Source of the DNA: Escherichia coli
GTDB lineage: Bacteria > Pseudomonadota > Gammaproteobacteria > Enterobacterales > Enterobacteriaceae
Assembly (NCBI RefSeq): GCF_050920415.1
Contig: NZ_CP169309.1
Length of the DNA stretch: 64,000 bases
Direction: 5' to 3' (one strand)
Shown: piece by piece, positions 21,044 to 32,395 of the stretch
Numbering within the stretch: the stretch's first letter is position 1
How the letters are laid out: every line of letters begins with the position of its first letter
Position numbers and translations under genes: made by a program
The notes under the pieces: generated by a model
Told to the model about the DNA's origin: nothing
The model's input: only the letters and a program-made list of their open reading frames with translations
The model's database searches: none

Positions 21044-22699
21044 TTAACTCATCACGCGGTCGTCAACATACTGACGTTTATCCGGCGCTGGCGGGAAATA
21101 CTGATACAGCCATGTTTCACTGATAGCGTCGCCCTGACAACGCAGATACATCCGCATATCGACCGGATCAGTGGAGTCCGAAGTCGGATACCAGTCAAAC
21201 TGAATACGATAACCATCAATGGGTTCAATATAGAGAATTTCGATTTGCTTCGCTTCCCCACTGGAAAGCGTAATCACCGGCTCAATGCCTTTTGGTGCGG
21301 CAGCTTTCAGATCACCACCAACGAAATCGACGGCAAAACGACGCGCCCATTTTTCGGGATAGTGTTCACCAGGCGCCCAACCTTCCGGGAAACCGCCCAT
21401 GCCGGTACGCGTTGCCATAACGCGCGCTAATGGGCAATGAACAGGCGGTTGCGCACTCCAGTACAGACGATACTGGAATGCAAACTCATCACCCGCTTTT
21501 ACAGCTTTTTCTGGCTGCCAGAAGCAGACAATGTTATCCAGCGTTTCGCCCGTTGTTGGGATTTCCATCAGGCCGATGGTGCCCTTACCCCACTTGTTAC
21601 GCGGTTCCACCCACAGACTTGGGCGTTTGTTATACCAGCCCATAATGTCCTGATAATGAGAGAAATCACGATCCAGTTGCAATAAACCAAACCCTTTCGG
21701 GTTGTTGTCGGTGTAAGCATTGAACTGCAATTTTTGCGGATTATTCAGCGGACGGCAAATCCACTCGCCGTTGCCCCGCCACATGGACAGACGATCAGAG
21801 TCATGGATTTGCGGATGAATGGTGTCGCACATCCGACGTTCATTAGTGCCGCAGCTGAACATGCTGGTCATCGGCGCAATGCCCAGCTGTTTAATGTCTT
21901 TGCGCGCATACAGGTGATTTTCCACATCCATAATCACCTGACTTTTCTCACAATGGATAGTGAACTTATAGGCACCAGTAATGCTGGCGCTATCGAGCAA
22001 CGCATAAACGGTAAAGGTGGTTGCCCCCGGTTTTACCGTATCAAACCAGAAGGCGGTAAAGTCGGGGAACTCTTCTTTACTGTCGGTGTAAGTGTCGATC
22101 GCCAGGCCGCGAGCCGACAAACCGTATTGATATGTATCATCAACCGCGCGGAAATAACTCGCACCGAGGAATGATACGACATCACGGCGCGCCAGTTCGG
22201 GGGCTTTAAACACGCGAAAACCGGCAAAACCGAGATCGCTTTGCCCTTCTAATTGTTTGGTATCAACACCCGCATCGTTGTATTTGAACAACTCCGGGCG
22301 AAAGTGAATTTCACGCGCCAGATGTGTTGCGGGATCAACAGAAAACATACGAACGCGGCGACGGAATCCCATTCCCATATGGAAGAACTGAGCGTCCAGT
22401 TGACGGTTCTCAACGTTATGCCAGAGCGATTTTTCGGCGTCGTATTGAATACTGTTATAAGCCTGCGGCGTCATTGTCGCCAGAGTGTCAGGTAACGGAC
22501 GCGGCGCACCACGCCACGCGGTTTGCGCTAAGTCGTGCGCCATTGACTGTAGAATGGAGAAGTCAAAACGCTGGGTTTGCCCGTCGGCAATATCAGAATC
22601 TGCCGCGAATGCCGCCTGAGAAAAAAGAGAAGCAATGCCGCTGGTACCGCACACGGCGGCCATAGCCATTGAACCTTTAATAAATCGTCTACGATCCAT
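21044..22699 (-). CDS. opgD: Glucan biosynthesis protein OpgD (MdoD), Tat-exported
   Basis: ORF 21044..22699 (-), 551 aa; twin-arginine motif [16 protein letters not shown]...AFA. Confidence 0.95.
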   Translation of the reverse strand: MDRRRFIKGSMAMAAVCGTSGIASLFSQAAFAADSDIADGQTQRFDFSILQSMAHDLAQTAWRGAPRPLPDTLATMTPQAYNSIQYDAEKSLWHNVENRQLDAQFFHMGMGFRRRVRMFSVDPATHLAREIHFRPELFKYNDAGVDTKQLEGQSDLGFAGFRVFKAPELARRDVVSFLGASYFRAVDDTYQYGLSARGLAIDTYTDSKEEFPDFTAFWFDTVKPGATTFTVYALLDSASITGAYKFTIHCEKSQVIMDVENHLYARKDIKQLGIAPMTSMFSCGTNERRMCDTIHPQIHDSDRLSMWRGNGEWICRPLNNPQKLQFNAYTDNNPKGFGLLQLDRDFSHYQDIMGWYNKRPSLWVEPRNKWGKGTIGLMEIPTTGETLDNIVCFWQPEKAVKAGDEFAFQYRLYWSAQPPVHCPLARVMATRTGMGGFPEGWAPGEHYPEKWARRFAVDFVGGDLKAAAPKGIEPVITLSSGEAKQIEILYIEPIDGYRIQFDWYPTSDSTDPVDMRMYLRCQGDAISETWLYQYFPPAPDKRQYVDDRVMS

Positions 22700-22923
22700 A
22701 CCTGAAAGTGAGTCCTTCTGGTGTTGTGAATGGTCCCGCGCTGGTCGTTTTCAGCGGCAAGAAAGTGCTTATTTATGACCGCTCACTCTAGACAATATTT
22801 ATTAATAATCCAATTGTTGAACTCAGAGAATATGCATTAATCGGCAATTTTTTTATGTCGATGGGATGAGCCTGATTCGTTTGTAAAATCAGGCAAATTT
22901 TTGCAAAGGCGGATGGTCAGAAT

Positions 22924-24267
22924 TTAAAGCAAACCACAGCGACGTTTACTGCGTTCTTCCGCTTCCTGATAAAGCTGGAACTCATCCAAAACCGGGCAGC
23001 CCAACGCCTGCTCAAATGCTTCGCGACTGGCATTACCGTGACTGCGTGCCTGCGTTTCATTACCCAGATTTGACTGGAAGATCCCCGCCGCGCTAACGGG
23101 CAAGAAATCTTCATAGGTAATGGGTTGCGCCACTATCCAACCACGTTCAATTAAGGGCTGTGGATCGTCTCCGGGATGAATCGCCTGACGATGCGCCTCA
23201 CCCGAAGGCGTCAAACGGTACCGGAACCATGCCAACCCTTGCTGACGCATTAAAAACTCACTGTCAGGAAAAGTGCGGAAGGTTTCCTGTAAATGCATTT
23301 GGTGAGTGAGATTATCCTGCCCGGTTCCAGCGTTCCGCAGTAGATCATCATACAGTTGTCGTCCTTTCGGCGTTAATGCCACGCCACGCTGCTCTATTTC
23401 ACCAAAGCGCGCGGTATGCGTGCCCTGTTTCTGCCCCGCAAACAACACCGTCTCTTCCAGTGCTTTAAAGCTGGTCTGGCGTAGTAAAATCGGTACCTCG
23501 CGGCGCGGCGGCCCTTCGATCAGAATTTTGGGTTCAATTCCGCATTCAGGCATCATCGACTGCACCCGGTCAATATCCAGCGTGCGTGGCGTCAGGTGGT
23601 TGATATGGCATCCAGGAAAACAGACCACATCAGCAATCAGCCGATGTTCGTTATGCAAGGCGCGATAGGTTACTTCATCCACCGTTGCTGACTGGTGCCA
23701 GCGAAACGTTTCCAGGGCTTCCTGCACAAACTCCTGTGCCTGTGTTTCGTTAAAACCGCCCCGCTGCTCATACTCCTCTAACAGTTGTCGACAACGTGGG
23801 GTGAAGATATCGCGCTGACATAGAATCTCCGCCGCTTTCTGGCGCAAAAATTCGTTCTCGATAAGCTCCAGGCGGAGTAATGAGGTAAAAACGCGGAAGG
23901 GATTACGCGCCAGAGAAGCATCATCAATGGGCCGAAATGCTGTGGAATGTACCGGCACCCCCGCCTGCGAGAGATCGTAATAGCTCACCGGGTACATCCC
24001 CATAATGGCAAACATCCGCCGAAGAGTAGCAAGCTCTTGTGCAGTCCCAACGCGAATTGCCCCATGACGTTCAACATTCAGTCGCGCCAGCTCGTCTGCA
24101 TTTACCATTTTTTCGTGCAGTTGAGGATTGTTTTCCAGCACAGCCAGATTCACATCAGCTACCAGTTCCAGCAGCGTGCCGTACTGCGGAACTTCTTGCT
24201 GGTACATGGCTGACATTGCCTGCGAAAACTGTTCCCGAATCTCATCCGCCGTGATGCTGTTCGCCAT
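22924..24267 (-). CDS. ydcJ: DUF1338 (HglS-like 2-oxoacid dioxygenase family) protein YdcJ
   Basis: ORF 22924..24282 (-); YdcJ from internal Met MANSITADEIREQF... (447 aa). Confidence 0.9.
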   Translation of the reverse strand: MANSITADEIREQFSQAMSAMYQQEVPQYGTLLELVADVNLAVLENNPQLHEKMVNADELARLNVERHGAIRVGTAQELATLRRMFAIMGMYPVSYYDLSQAGVPVHSTAFRPIDDASLARNPFRVFTSLLRLELIENEFLRQKAAEILCQRDIFTPRCRQLLEEYEQRGGFNETQAQEFVQEALETFRWHQSATVDEVTYRALHNEHRLIADVVCFPGCHINHLTPRTLDIDRVQSMMPECGIEPKILIEGPPRREVPILLRQTSFKALEETVLFAGQKQGTHTARFGEIEQRGVALTPKGRQLYDDLLRNAGTGQDNLTHQMHLQETFRTFPDSEFLMRQQGLAWFRYRLTPSGEAHRQAIHPGDDPQPLIERGWIVAQPITYEDFLPVSAAGIFQSNLGNETQARSHGNASREAFEQALGCPVLDEFQLYQEAEERSKRRCGLL

Positions 24268-24483
24268 AATGTCTGCCTCCATTGGTCAGTAATCTGGAGT
24301 GTAGGTAACCACATTCACTCTGGCGGGAAGAATTTACAAACTGTGATCTCGCCGCGAAAACATCAATATTATCCATTTTCCTGTAACGCAATTGCTTTAA
24401 TTGTTAATAATATTTTGCAATCAAGTTATCATAATCAAACAACTTCACTTGTCAGCGACACCGCTTCGTTTTTAACATCGCTT

Positions 24484-25407
24484 ATGGAAAAAAATAGTCT
24501 GTTTAGTCAGCGCATCCGTTTGCGCCACCTTCATACATTCGTAGCTGTTGCACAACAAGGAACTTTGGGGCGCGCAGCTGAAACCCTTAATTTGAGTCAA
24601 CCTGCGCTCTCCAAGACATTGAATGAACTAGAGCAATTGACAGGTGCTCGCTTGTTTGAGCGTGGTCGTCAGGGGGCGCAACTTACCTTACCCGGCGAAC
24701 AATTTTTAACACATGCAGTCAGAGTTCTTGACGCTATTAACACTGCCGGACAGTCGCTTCATCGTAAAGAAGGTCTTAACAATGATGTCGTCAGGGTAGG
24801 TGCATTACCTACCGCGGCGCTGGGAATATTACCTTCAGTTATAGGTCAGTTTCATCAGCAACAAAAAGAGACGACCTTGCAAGTTGCGACAATGAGTAAC
24901 CCTATGATTCTGGCAGGTTTGAAGACCGGCGAAATCGATATCGGGATTGGTCGAATGTCAGATCCCGAACTGATGACCGGGCTTAATTATGAATTGCTGT
25001 TTCTTGAATCGCTGAAGTTGGTCGTTCGTCCCAATCACCCACTGCTTCAAGAGAACGTAACGCTAAGTCGGGTGCTGGAATGGCCTGTCGTTGTATCACC
25101 AGAAGGTACTGCACCACGCCAGCATTCAGATGCATTAGTGCAGAGCCAGGGCTGTAAAATTCCTTCGGGCTGTATCGAAACGCTGTCTGCTTCGCTATCT
25201 CGTCAACTTACGGTTGAATACGACTACGTGTGGTTTGTCCCTTCTGGCGCTGTAAAAGACGACCTGCGTCATGCCACGCTGGTGGCCCTGCCTGTTCCGG
25301 GGCATGGTGCAGGCGAACCGATCGGAATATTGACCCGCGTAGATGCGACGTTCTCTTCCGGTTGCCAATTGATGATTAACGCTATTCGAAAATCAATGCC
25401 GTTCTGA
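24484..25407 (+). CDS. ydcI: LysR-type transcriptional regulator YdcI
   Basis: ORF 24343..25407 (+); YdcI from ATG 24484 (MEKNSLFSQRIRLRHLHTFVAVAQQGTLGRAAETLNLSQPALSKTL...), 307 aa. Confidence 0.9.
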   Translation: MEKNSLFSQRIRLRHLHTFVAVAQQGTLGRAAETLNLSQPALSKTLNELEQLTGARLFERGRQGAQLTLPGEQFLTHAVRVLDAINTAGQSLHRKEGLNNDVVRVGALPTAALGILPSVIGQFHQQQKETTLQVATMSNPMILAGLKTGEIDIGIGRMSDPELMTGLNYELLFLESLKLVVRPNHPLLQENVTLSRVLEWPVVVSPEGTAPRQHSDALVQSQGCKIPSGCIETLSASLSRQLTVEYDYVWFVPSGAVKDDLRHATLVALPVPGHGAGEPIGILTRVDATFSSGCQLMINAIRKSMPF

Positions 25408-25412
25408 AAAGT

Positions 25413-25440
25413 AAGGGATCTTTCGATCCCTTCTTTGATA
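25413..25440. terminator. Bidirectional hairpin terminator between convergent ydcI and trg
   Basis: aagggatc-tttc-gatccctt perfect stem-loop with T-rich flanks. Confidence 0.55.
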
Positions 25441-25443
25441 TTT

Positions 25444-27084
25444 TCACGCTGTTGCGAAACTAACAGACTCACCAGCTCCGCGTGATTCTGCCAACACAGA
25501 ATGTTTGTTCAGGCGGAAAACGTCTACCGCCTCAGTTAATCGTGCAGCCTGTTCTTCAAGGGACACCGCCGCCGCTGAGGCCTCTTCTACCAGAGAAGCA
25601 TTCTGTTGCGTCACCTTATCCATTTCGGAAATCGCCTGGCTCACCTGCGTTATGCCTCTACTTTGTTCATCCGAGGCGGCGGCAATCTCCTGCATGATAT
25701 GTGTGACACTCGCGACGGCATCAACAATCGTGCTCATGGTTTTCCCTGCCGTTGCCACTTCAACCGACCCCAGGTCAATTAACCTGACTGATTCACTGAT
25801 CAAGCCTTCAATCTCTTTCGCCGCCTGGGCGCTGCGACTTGCGAGTGTCCGTACTTCGCTGGCGACAACGGCAAATCCACGTCCTTGCTCACCCGCTCGT
25901 GCGGCTTCAACGGCAGCATTCAGCGCCAGAATATTTGTCTGGAAAGCAATGCTGTTGATGACGGCAGTGATCTCGGAAATTTTCTTTGAACTCGTGGAGA
26001 TTGCTCCCATCGTTCTAACTACACCGGAAACCGTCTCCCCGCCATCGCTGGCTTTAATGGAGGCCTCTTGCGCCAGTTTGCTGGCATGATGCGCGTTATC
26101 CGCATTCTGTTTCACCGTCGCAGTGAGTTGCTCCATGCTAGCGGCAGTTTGTTCGATTGCCGCCGCTTGTTCTTCGGTGCGAGATGAAAGGTCCGCATTG
26201 CCAGCGGAAATTTCGCTGGTGCCACGATAAATCTCTTCCGCGCCCTGTCGAACAGTCCCGACTGTCATCCCCAGTGAATGCTGCATTTGCTGTAAATGAT
26301 GACTTAAGCGACCGATTTCATTACGACCCGCCGGTTCATCATTCATCGTCAGATCGCCACTGGCAATTTTTTCAATCCGTTGTGCGGCATGTTGCAGTGG
26401 ACGAATGACGATCCGACGTAGCACCATAAATGTTATCAGCGTCATGACCACGGCAAGCACAAACGCGCCAATCATAAACATCACACCCAGGCGGGTACGC
26501 TGATGGGCCTGTTCCGCCAGTTGGTTGGCTCTGGTGCTACGTATCTTAACGGCTTTGTTCAAAATATCGGTATAAGCATTATCCAGCGGTCGGATCTGCT
26601 CACTTTCATGATTGATAATCGCTTCAAACATGCCATTTTTGGCATATTTCAACATAGGTTGCATACCCGTGATATAAGCCTGGAAACGTTGATTTAATTC
26701 AGCGTCGAGAGCTTCATCAGCAAGTGTTTTCACCGGCCGACTCTGGTAAGCCCGATAACCTTGCTGCGACTGTTTAATCTCCGATTCGGCTTGCGCAATA
26801 TTTCGCTTCATTGCTTCCATTTCCGCAATACGACTCGCCGCCCCGGCCTGAATCATATTGATCCGGGCCGAACGCAAAAAATCTGAGCTGTTCGCTAACC
26901 CGGTCCGAATCTCAATCTCCGCAGTCACATCACGCTGATCGCGATCGGCCTGCCAGAGGAAATAGCCAGCCAGGGCTGAACTCAAGGCAAACAGAAGTAA
27001 GATACCGCCAAGAATGCAGGCAAATAACGGAACCAGCCTGATGTGATGCAAAAAACCTAATCGCTGTGAGGGAGTTGTATTCAT
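25444..27084 (-). CDS. trg: Methyl-accepting chemotaxis protein III (ribose/galactose sensor) Trg
   Basis: ORF 25444..27084 (-), 546 aa; two TM segments, HAMP, conserved MCP signalling region. Confidence 0.95.
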   Translation of the reverse strand: MNTTPSQRLGFLHHIRLVPLFACILGGILLLFALSSALAGYFLWQADRDQRDVTAEIEIRTGLANSSDFLRSARINMIQAGAASRIAEMEAMKRNIAQAESEIKQSQQGYRAYQSRPVKTLADEALDAELNQRFQAYITGMQPMLKYAKNGMFEAIINHESEQIRPLDNAYTDILNKAVKIRSTRANQLAEQAHQRTRLGVMFMIGAFVLAVVMTLITFMVLRRIVIRPLQHAAQRIEKIASGDLTMNDEPAGRNEIGRLSHHLQQMQHSLGMTVGTVRQGAEEIYRGTSEISAGNADLSSRTEEQAAAIEQTAASMEQLTATVKQNADNAHHASKLAQEASIKASDGGETVSGVVRTMGAISTSSKKISEITAVINSIAFQTNILALNAAVEAARAGEQGRGFAVVASEVRTLASRSAQAAKEIEGLISESVRLIDLGSVEVATAGKTMSTIVDAVASVTHIMQEIAAASDEQSRGITQVSQAISEMDKVTQQNASLVEEASAAAVSLEEQAARLTEAVDVFRLNKHSVLAESRGAGESVSFATA

Positions 27085-27366
27085 TACCGTTGTCTCTCTT
27101 CCAGGTTTACTCCTGATAGAAAGTCATCGGCATTTGACGGTAATTACTTACGACTAAAAACCTCTTTGCGTCACATTTTTACAACAATTATTGCAGAGAA
27201 GATTAATGCCATTGGATTGAAGAAAGTGAGGAATGGTTAAACTGGCTAACCCGAATGACGAAAAATTCTGGAAAACAGCACGCTATTTCGTGAAGTGATT
27301 ATTTTCGTCCCTAAGGAAACCTCATAGGATGCCTGCGGGTGCCTGTACTGCCCCCCTTTTTACGCT

Positions 27367-27540
27367 TCAGTTAGTGCATGTTTTTTTCGATGCACTAATA
27401 GAACCATCATTACAGACAAATTTGCCGCCTGCTGTACAGTGAGAGATCCCCCCTTTCGAACCAGAGCAGGGTTTGCGCCCGGCATCGGCATAAAAGGAAA
27501 CAAGCGCTCCCATAACCAAGATAAGTGCCAATTTTTTCAT
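27367..27540 (-). CDS. ydcA: Small secreted protein YdcA (57 aa)
   Basis: Hand-translated from the minus strand: MKKLALILVMGALVSFYADA...KKTCTN, ATG revcomp at 27538-27540, stop at 27367-27369; below ORF-track cutoff. Confidence 0.8.
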   Translation of the reverse strand: MKKLALILVMGALVSFYADAGRKPCSGSKGGISHCTAGGKFVCNDGSISASKKTCTN

Positions 27541-27710
27541 ATAACCTCCATGGTTTATCGAATCTTATGTTCGATTTGAACGTTATACGCTGGTTTATTT
27601 TGATACCGTTGATGAGATCAAAGAACGGGTGAATTGATTAAAGATAAGCCAGATGGGCATATGGACAAGGATTATGGTTTTATTTGTCATACAAATAAAT
27701 ATAATAGGCG

Positions 27711-27774
27711 CTTCCGATGTAGGCCCGTATTCTTCGCCTGTACCACGGGTCGGTTTTAGTACAGGCGTTTTCTT
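27711..27774 (+). ncRNA. rydC: Hfq-dependent sRNA RydC
   Basis: cttccgatgtaggcccgtattcttcgcctgtaccacgggtcggttttagtacaggcgttttc matches the remembered RydC sequence with terminal hairpin and U-run; in the ydcA-cybB intergenic region convergent with cybB, as in K-12. Confidence 0.75.
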
Positions 27775-27784
27775 TAAATATCCT

Positions 27785-28315
27785 TCAGGAACGTTTACGC
27801 GGCATCATGCGTAGAAGTGTGTTGTCCTTCCAGAAATAGTGGTGTGCCAGTGCAGCCGCAGCGTGCAACCCGATGACAAAATATCCCAGATTCGCCAGCG
27901 TCTCATGCCACCACTTTAAGCTATCAACCCGTTCGAAATTGGCCTCTGCTGCGTAAGGCATTGTCATACCAAACGCAAACCATGGGTTGCCCCGGTTATA
28001 CATCATCACCAAACCAATCACTGGTAGCGCAATAAACAGGAGATAAATCACCAAATGTCCCAAATGTGCCAGTCCCGTCATCATCGGTTTTGGTTTAGGT
28101 ACAATCGGCGGAGTTGGGTATTTAAGCCTTAACAAAAGACGAACAACCATCAGCACGAGAATTGAGATGCCACAGGAAACATGAATCATGTTGATGAGCG
28201 GCCGATCGCTACGTGGGAAGAAACCACGAAACTCCATTGCGCAATACGCTGCGATAACCAGCAAAAAGACCAGCCAGTGAATGCCGATTTGTAACCTTGA
28301 ATATTTACTTTCCAT
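27785..28315 (-). CDS. cybB: Cytochrome b561 CybB
   Basis: ORF 27785..28351 (-); CybB from internal Met MESKYSRLQIGIHWLVFLLVIAAYCAMEF... (176 aa). Confidence 0.92.
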   Translation of the reverse strand: MESKYSRLQIGIHWLVFLLVIAAYCAMEFRGFFPRSDRPLINMIHVSCGISILVLMVVRLLLRLKYPTPPIVPKPKPMMTGLAHLGHLVIYLLFIALPVIGLVMMYNRGNPWFAFGMTMPYAAEANFERVDSLKWWHETLANLGYFVIGLHAAAALAHHYFWKDNTLLRMMPRKRS

Positions 28316-28503
28316 AACATTTCCTGCTTTAACATAATTTTCCGTTAACATAACGAGCTTTTCTTAAAATTTCATTAAATTTTGTTCACCCGTTTTCAGT
28401 ACGTTACGTTTCACGGCAAGAATGTAGATTGCCCATCCCGCCATCCTGGTCTAAGCCTGGAAAGGATCAATTTTCATCCGAACGTTCCTGACAGGAGAAG
28501 ACC

Positions 28504-29505
28504 ATGAGTAAAGTTGGTATTAACGGTTTTGGTCGTATCGGTCGACTGGTGTTGCGTCGATTACTTGAAGTCAAAAGCAACATAGACATTGTCGCTATTA
28601 ATGATCTCACTTCCCCAAAAATTCTCGCCTACCTGCTGAAACATGATTCAAACTACGGACCGTTCCCCTGGAGCGTTGATTTTACGGAAGATTCACTTAT
28701 CGTTGATGGAAAAAGTATCGCGGTTTACGCCGAAAAAGAGGCTAAAAATATTCCATGGAAAGCGAAAGGCGCAGAAATCATTGTCGAATGTACTGGCTTT
28801 TATACCTCCGCCGAGAAATCGCAGGCGCACCTTGATGCTGGTGCGAAGAAGGTGTTGATTTCCGCCCCTGCCGGTGAAATGAAAACCATCGTTTATAACG
28901 TCAATGACGACACACTGGATGGCAACGACACCATTGTTTCCGTGGCGTCATGCACCACTAACTGTCTTGCACCGATGGCCAAAGCCTTGCACGACAGTTT
29001 CGGAATAGAAGTCGGCACGATGACGACCATTCATGCCTATACTGGCACCCAGTCACTGGTGGATGGCCCGCGAGGTAAAGATCTACGCGCTTCACGTGCA
29101 GCGGCAGAAAATATCATTCCCCACACTACAGGCGCGGCAAAAGCCATTGGTCTGGTGATCCCAGAACTGAGCGGCAAACTGAAAGGTCATGCGCAACGCG
29201 TACCCGTGAAAACAGGTTCGGTGACTGAACTGGTGTCTATTCTTGGAAAAAAAGTGACTGCCGAAGAGGTGAACAACGCGCTTAAAAACGCGACAAACAA
29301 TAACGAGTCATTTGGTTATACCGATGAAGAAATAGTCTCTTCTGATATCATTGGCAGCCATTTCGGGTCGGTGTTTGATGCCACGCAAACCGAAATTACC
29401 GCCGTGGGCGATTTACAGCTGGTGAAAACGGTCGCCTGGTATGATAACGAATATGGCTTCGTCACGCAGCTTATTCGCACCCTCGAAAAATTCGCTAAAC
29501 TCTGA
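28504..29505 (+). CDS. gapC: Glyceraldehyde-3-phosphate dehydrogenase C (GapC), apparently intact 333-aa reading frame
   Basis: ORF 28504..29505 (+); NGFGRIGR Rossmann motif, catalytic SCTTNCLAP; uninterrupted. Confidence 0.9.
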   Translation: MSKVGINGFGRIGRLVLRRLLEVKSNIDIVAINDLTSPKILAYLLKHDSNYGPFPWSVDFTEDSLIVDGKSIAVYAEKEAKNIPWKAKGAEIIVECTGFYTSAEKSQAHLDAGAKKVLISAPAGEMKTIVYNVNDDTLDGNDTIVSVASCTTNCLAPMAKALHDSFGIEVGTMTTIHAYTGTQSLVDGPRGKDLRASRAAAENIIPHTTGAAKAIGLVIPELSGKLKGHAQRVPVKTGSVTELVSILGKKVTAEEVNNALKNATNNNESFGYTDEEIVSSDIIGSHFGSVFDATQTEITAVGDLQLVKTVAWYDNEYGFVTQLIRTLEKFAKL

Positions 29506-29511
29506 CGAGCA

Positions 29512-29540
29512 AAGGCGGAGGGAAAAGCCTCCGCCTCTTT
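29512..29540. terminator. Bidirectional hairpin between convergent gapC and aldA
   Basis: ggcggagg-gaaaag-cctccgcc stem-loop. Confidence 0.5.
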
Positions 29541-29546
29541 CACTCA

Positions 29547-30986
29547 TTACGACTGTAAATAAACCACCTGGGTCTGCAGGTATTCATGCAAGCCATGTTT
29601 GCCATCTGCGCCGCCAATACCGGATTTACGCCATCCGGCGTGGAATCCTTGCATAGCTTCGAAGTTTTCACGGTTGATGTAAGTTTCACCAAACTTCAGC
29701 CCTTTAATAGCTTTCATCGCGACGTTCAGATTTTGGGTATAGAGTGATGAGGTCAGGCCGTAATCACTGTCATTAGCCATTGCGATAGCCTCTTCCAGCG
29801 TGTCAAATGCGACCACTGGCAGCACCGGGCCAAAGGTTTCCTCGTGCATAATCGACATTTCCTGACGAACATCCAGCAGCAAAGTCGGCGGATAATAATA
29901 TCCTTTCCCCTCAACCGCTTTGCCCCCCAACGCTACCCTCGCCCCCTCTTCGACTGCGCGCGCCACTTTTTGCTCGACCCTTTCCAGCGCCGCGGCGTTA
30001 ATCAACGGCCCCATCGCAATGTCGTTGCGTTCAGCGGGGTTACCAAATTGAACCGCCTGCATCGCTTCACCCAGCCGATTGACGAAATGATCATAAATGC
30101 CTTTCTGTACATAAACACGTTCTGCACAGTTACACACTTGCCCACTATTAATGACGCGTGAATCAACGATGGCTTTGACTGCCAGTTCAAGATCGGCATC
30201 GTCCATTACGATAGCTGGTGCTTTACCACCCAATTCCAGACACACTTTTGTGATATTTTTTGCTGCAGTCGCCATGATCTTTTCACCTGCAGAGACGCTG
30301 CCTGTCATACTGACCATTGCGACCTTTGGGTTACCCGCCAGTTCTTGCCCAACGGTTTCACCACGCCCCAGCACAAGGTTAAACACACCGCGTGGAAGGC
30401 CTATTTCATCGACAATTTTGGCAAAAGCAATCGCATTGTTTGGCGTAAATTCACTGGGTTTAATGACGATAGTATTACCGGTCAAAAGAGCGGGAGCCAT
30501 TTTGCGGGCAATGAGGAAGAACGGGAAGTTCCACGGCAGAATGCCGGTAGTCACGCCAAGCGCACGTTTAAAGAGAAGAATATTTTCTCCTGGACGATCG
30601 CTTTGAATAATCTCACCTTCGTAACGCCGCGCCCACTCTGCCATGTAATCGATATAATCCGCAGTAAATGCTACCTCAACTTCGGCCAGCTGCTGGAGCT
30701 TGCCCCCTTCTTCAACAATCAGCGCACTGATTTCACTGGCGCGTTCGCGGATCCCGACGGCGATTTTGCGTAACCAACTGGCGCGTTCAATGGCAGGCAA
30801 TGCTTCCCATTCTGGCTGCGCGCGCTCTGCGGCGTCGATTGCTTTGCGAGCATCTTCAGCCTGACCATCGGGAATGCGGGAAATCACCGCCTCTGTTGCG
30901 GGGTTAACCACATCAATCCATGCGTCTCCACGCCAGGTAACAAACTGTCCATCTATATACATAGGATGTTGAACGGGTACTGACAT
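29547..30986 (-). CDS. aldA: Lactaldehyde dehydrogenase AldA
   Basis: ORF 29547..30986 (-), 479 aa; aldehyde dehydrogenase family, MSVPVQHPMYIDGQFVTW... Confidence 0.95.
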   Translation of the reverse strand: MSVPVQHPMYIDGQFVTWRGDAWIDVVNPATEAVISRIPDGQAEDARKAIDAAERAQPEWEALPAIERASWLRKIAVGIRERASEISALIVEEGGKLQQLAEVEVAFTADYIDYMAEWARRYEGEIIQSDRPGENILLFKRALGVTTGILPWNFPFFLIARKMAPALLTGNTIVIKPSEFTPNNAIAFAKIVDEIGLPRGVFNLVLGRGETVGQELAGNPKVAMVSMTGSVSAGEKIMATAAKNITKVCLELGGKAPAIVMDDADLELAVKAIVDSRVINSGQVCNCAERVYVQKGIYDHFVNRLGEAMQAVQFGNPAERNDIAMGPLINAAALERVEQKVARAVEEGARVALGGKAVEGKGYYYPPTLLLDVRQEMSIMHEETFGPVLPVVAFDTLEEAIAMANDSDYGLTSSLYTQNLNVAMKAIKGLKFGETYINRENFEAMQGFHAGWRKSGIGGADGKHGLHEYLQTQVVYLQS

Positions 30987-31181
30987 GGGCGACTCCTGTG
31001 ATTTATATGTTTGTTTTTGGTAAATGTATTGTTAATTAACATCAATCATCATAGAGACGGCATCGTGAAAGGACAATTCTGTGAAGGGCTTCATAAAAAG
31101 AAGGGTAAAAGGAATAAAAGGCAGAAAAAAAAGTAAGGAGTCATGCCCGTTTGCAAACAGTTGTTCTCAAACGGGCAATTT

Positions 31182-31982
31182 TCAACGTAGCGAGCGACTT
31201 TCCATCGCCTCGATAAGCACAGCATCGTGTTTCAGCGTTTGCCATGCCTGGGTGACTTCTGCAGGAAAATCAACGTGAACGATAAAATCTCGCCCACGGG
31301 GACCATAGCCATCACTATCATCGCGTAAACGTGGCATCTCACCGGTAAGCAGTGATAGATAACGCTCAACCGGCCATAATCCTTCTAACTGGTTAATAAA
31401 GATTACACTGTCTTCGTTATTTCCCAACTGAGGAACGAATCCGGGATAACTTAACCAACGAGGTGCGTCTGGATTGTCACCGGTAATACGACGGAACGTC
31501 GCCATTGTGCGCCGCTGCATGGTGGGATCCTGTACAACAATAGCGGTGTGAACTCGTTCTACGGCCTGATTCAGTAGAGCAATGCTAAAGCGTGCGTTTT
31601 CACCGCAGTTTGTTGACTGGTCTTCAATCCAGATTTTTTCATGCGGAATGTGCCAGAACTGATGAGCGATATCCGCCAGGATGGTAGCTTCTGCTCTGCC
31701 AGTGGTGCGGATAGTGTTGTAGTGCGGATGCTGTGCGATGGCGCTATACAAAAAAGTTGTCGAGTGACCGATACCACCACTAATCAGTAGAGGAATTTGC
31801 TGATCGCGGGCAATCTTACATGCCGCATCGATAGTCGGCATAACCGCATTGCCTGCAAGGATCACGCAATCGGCCTGATACGGCACCTCACCGGAGAAAT
31901 CATCCTGCGCCAGCCACTGACCGATAACATTTATGGCATCTATGGTTGCCGGCGAAAGCGTCGGAAACGGGGTAATGTTCAT
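31182..31982 (-). CDS. ydcF: DUF218 (YdcF-like) protein
   Basis: ORF 31182..31982 (-), 266 aa, [24 protein letters not shown]... Confidence 0.9.
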   Translation of the reverse strand: MNITPFPTLSPATIDAINVIGQWLAQDDFSGEVPYQADCVILAGNAVMPTIDAACKIARDQQIPLLISGGIGHSTTFLYSAIAQHPHYNTIRTTGRAEATILADIAHQFWHIPHEKIWIEDQSTNCGENARFSIALLNQAVERVHTAIVVQDPTMQRRTMATFRRITGDNPDAPRWLSYPGFVPQLGNNEDSVIFINQLEGLWPVERYLSLLTGEMPRLRDDSDGYGPRGRDFIVHVDFPAEVTQAWQTLKHDAVLIEAMESRSLR

Positions 31983-32395
31983 GGTTCCTCCTTATCGTTC
32001 CCTTAAGAATACTGCGTGAGATAATAATGAGAAGCGGAGCACTCTGAAAGGAAGATGATGCTTTTTCTATCGCGCCATCGCGAACCAGACACTGGTTTTA
32101 GTCATACTGTATTTGCGGAGAAACTGTTGATAAAACATCAATAACATAATGTTCTATCATTTTTAAATGACAGATAATCTGGTGTGATATTTATATAATA
32201 TTCATTCTTATATTTCTCAATCAAGGGAACATTTGGTATCCAGTGTATCATCCTCATCAACCAGATGTGTTATAAGCACTTTACCTCGTTAATTTTAATA
32301 TTACGAGTTACAGGACAAAACATCACTCGCATTTAGTCCAGTAACTCGTAGTAGCCAGAGTATACATACCCATTGATAAAATGCCTGGCAATAAA

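Noticed and set aside
27225-27290. 21-aa plus-strand ORF (MVKLANPNDEKFWKTARYFVK) in the trg-ydcA spacer
   Set aside because: The AGGA is only about 1 nt from the ATG, so there is no functional RBS; too short to support.
27329-27440. Plus-strand ATG-initiated frame (MPAGACTAPLFTLQ...) overlapping ydcA
   Set aside because: Antisense to ydcA, whose own translation matches the known protein exactly; no RBS.
32010-32395. Possible toxin or partner gene next to the 285-aa hypothetical protein
   Set aside because: Only very short frames (30 codons or fewer) are open on either strand; the region looks like AT-rich promoter/UTR DNA.
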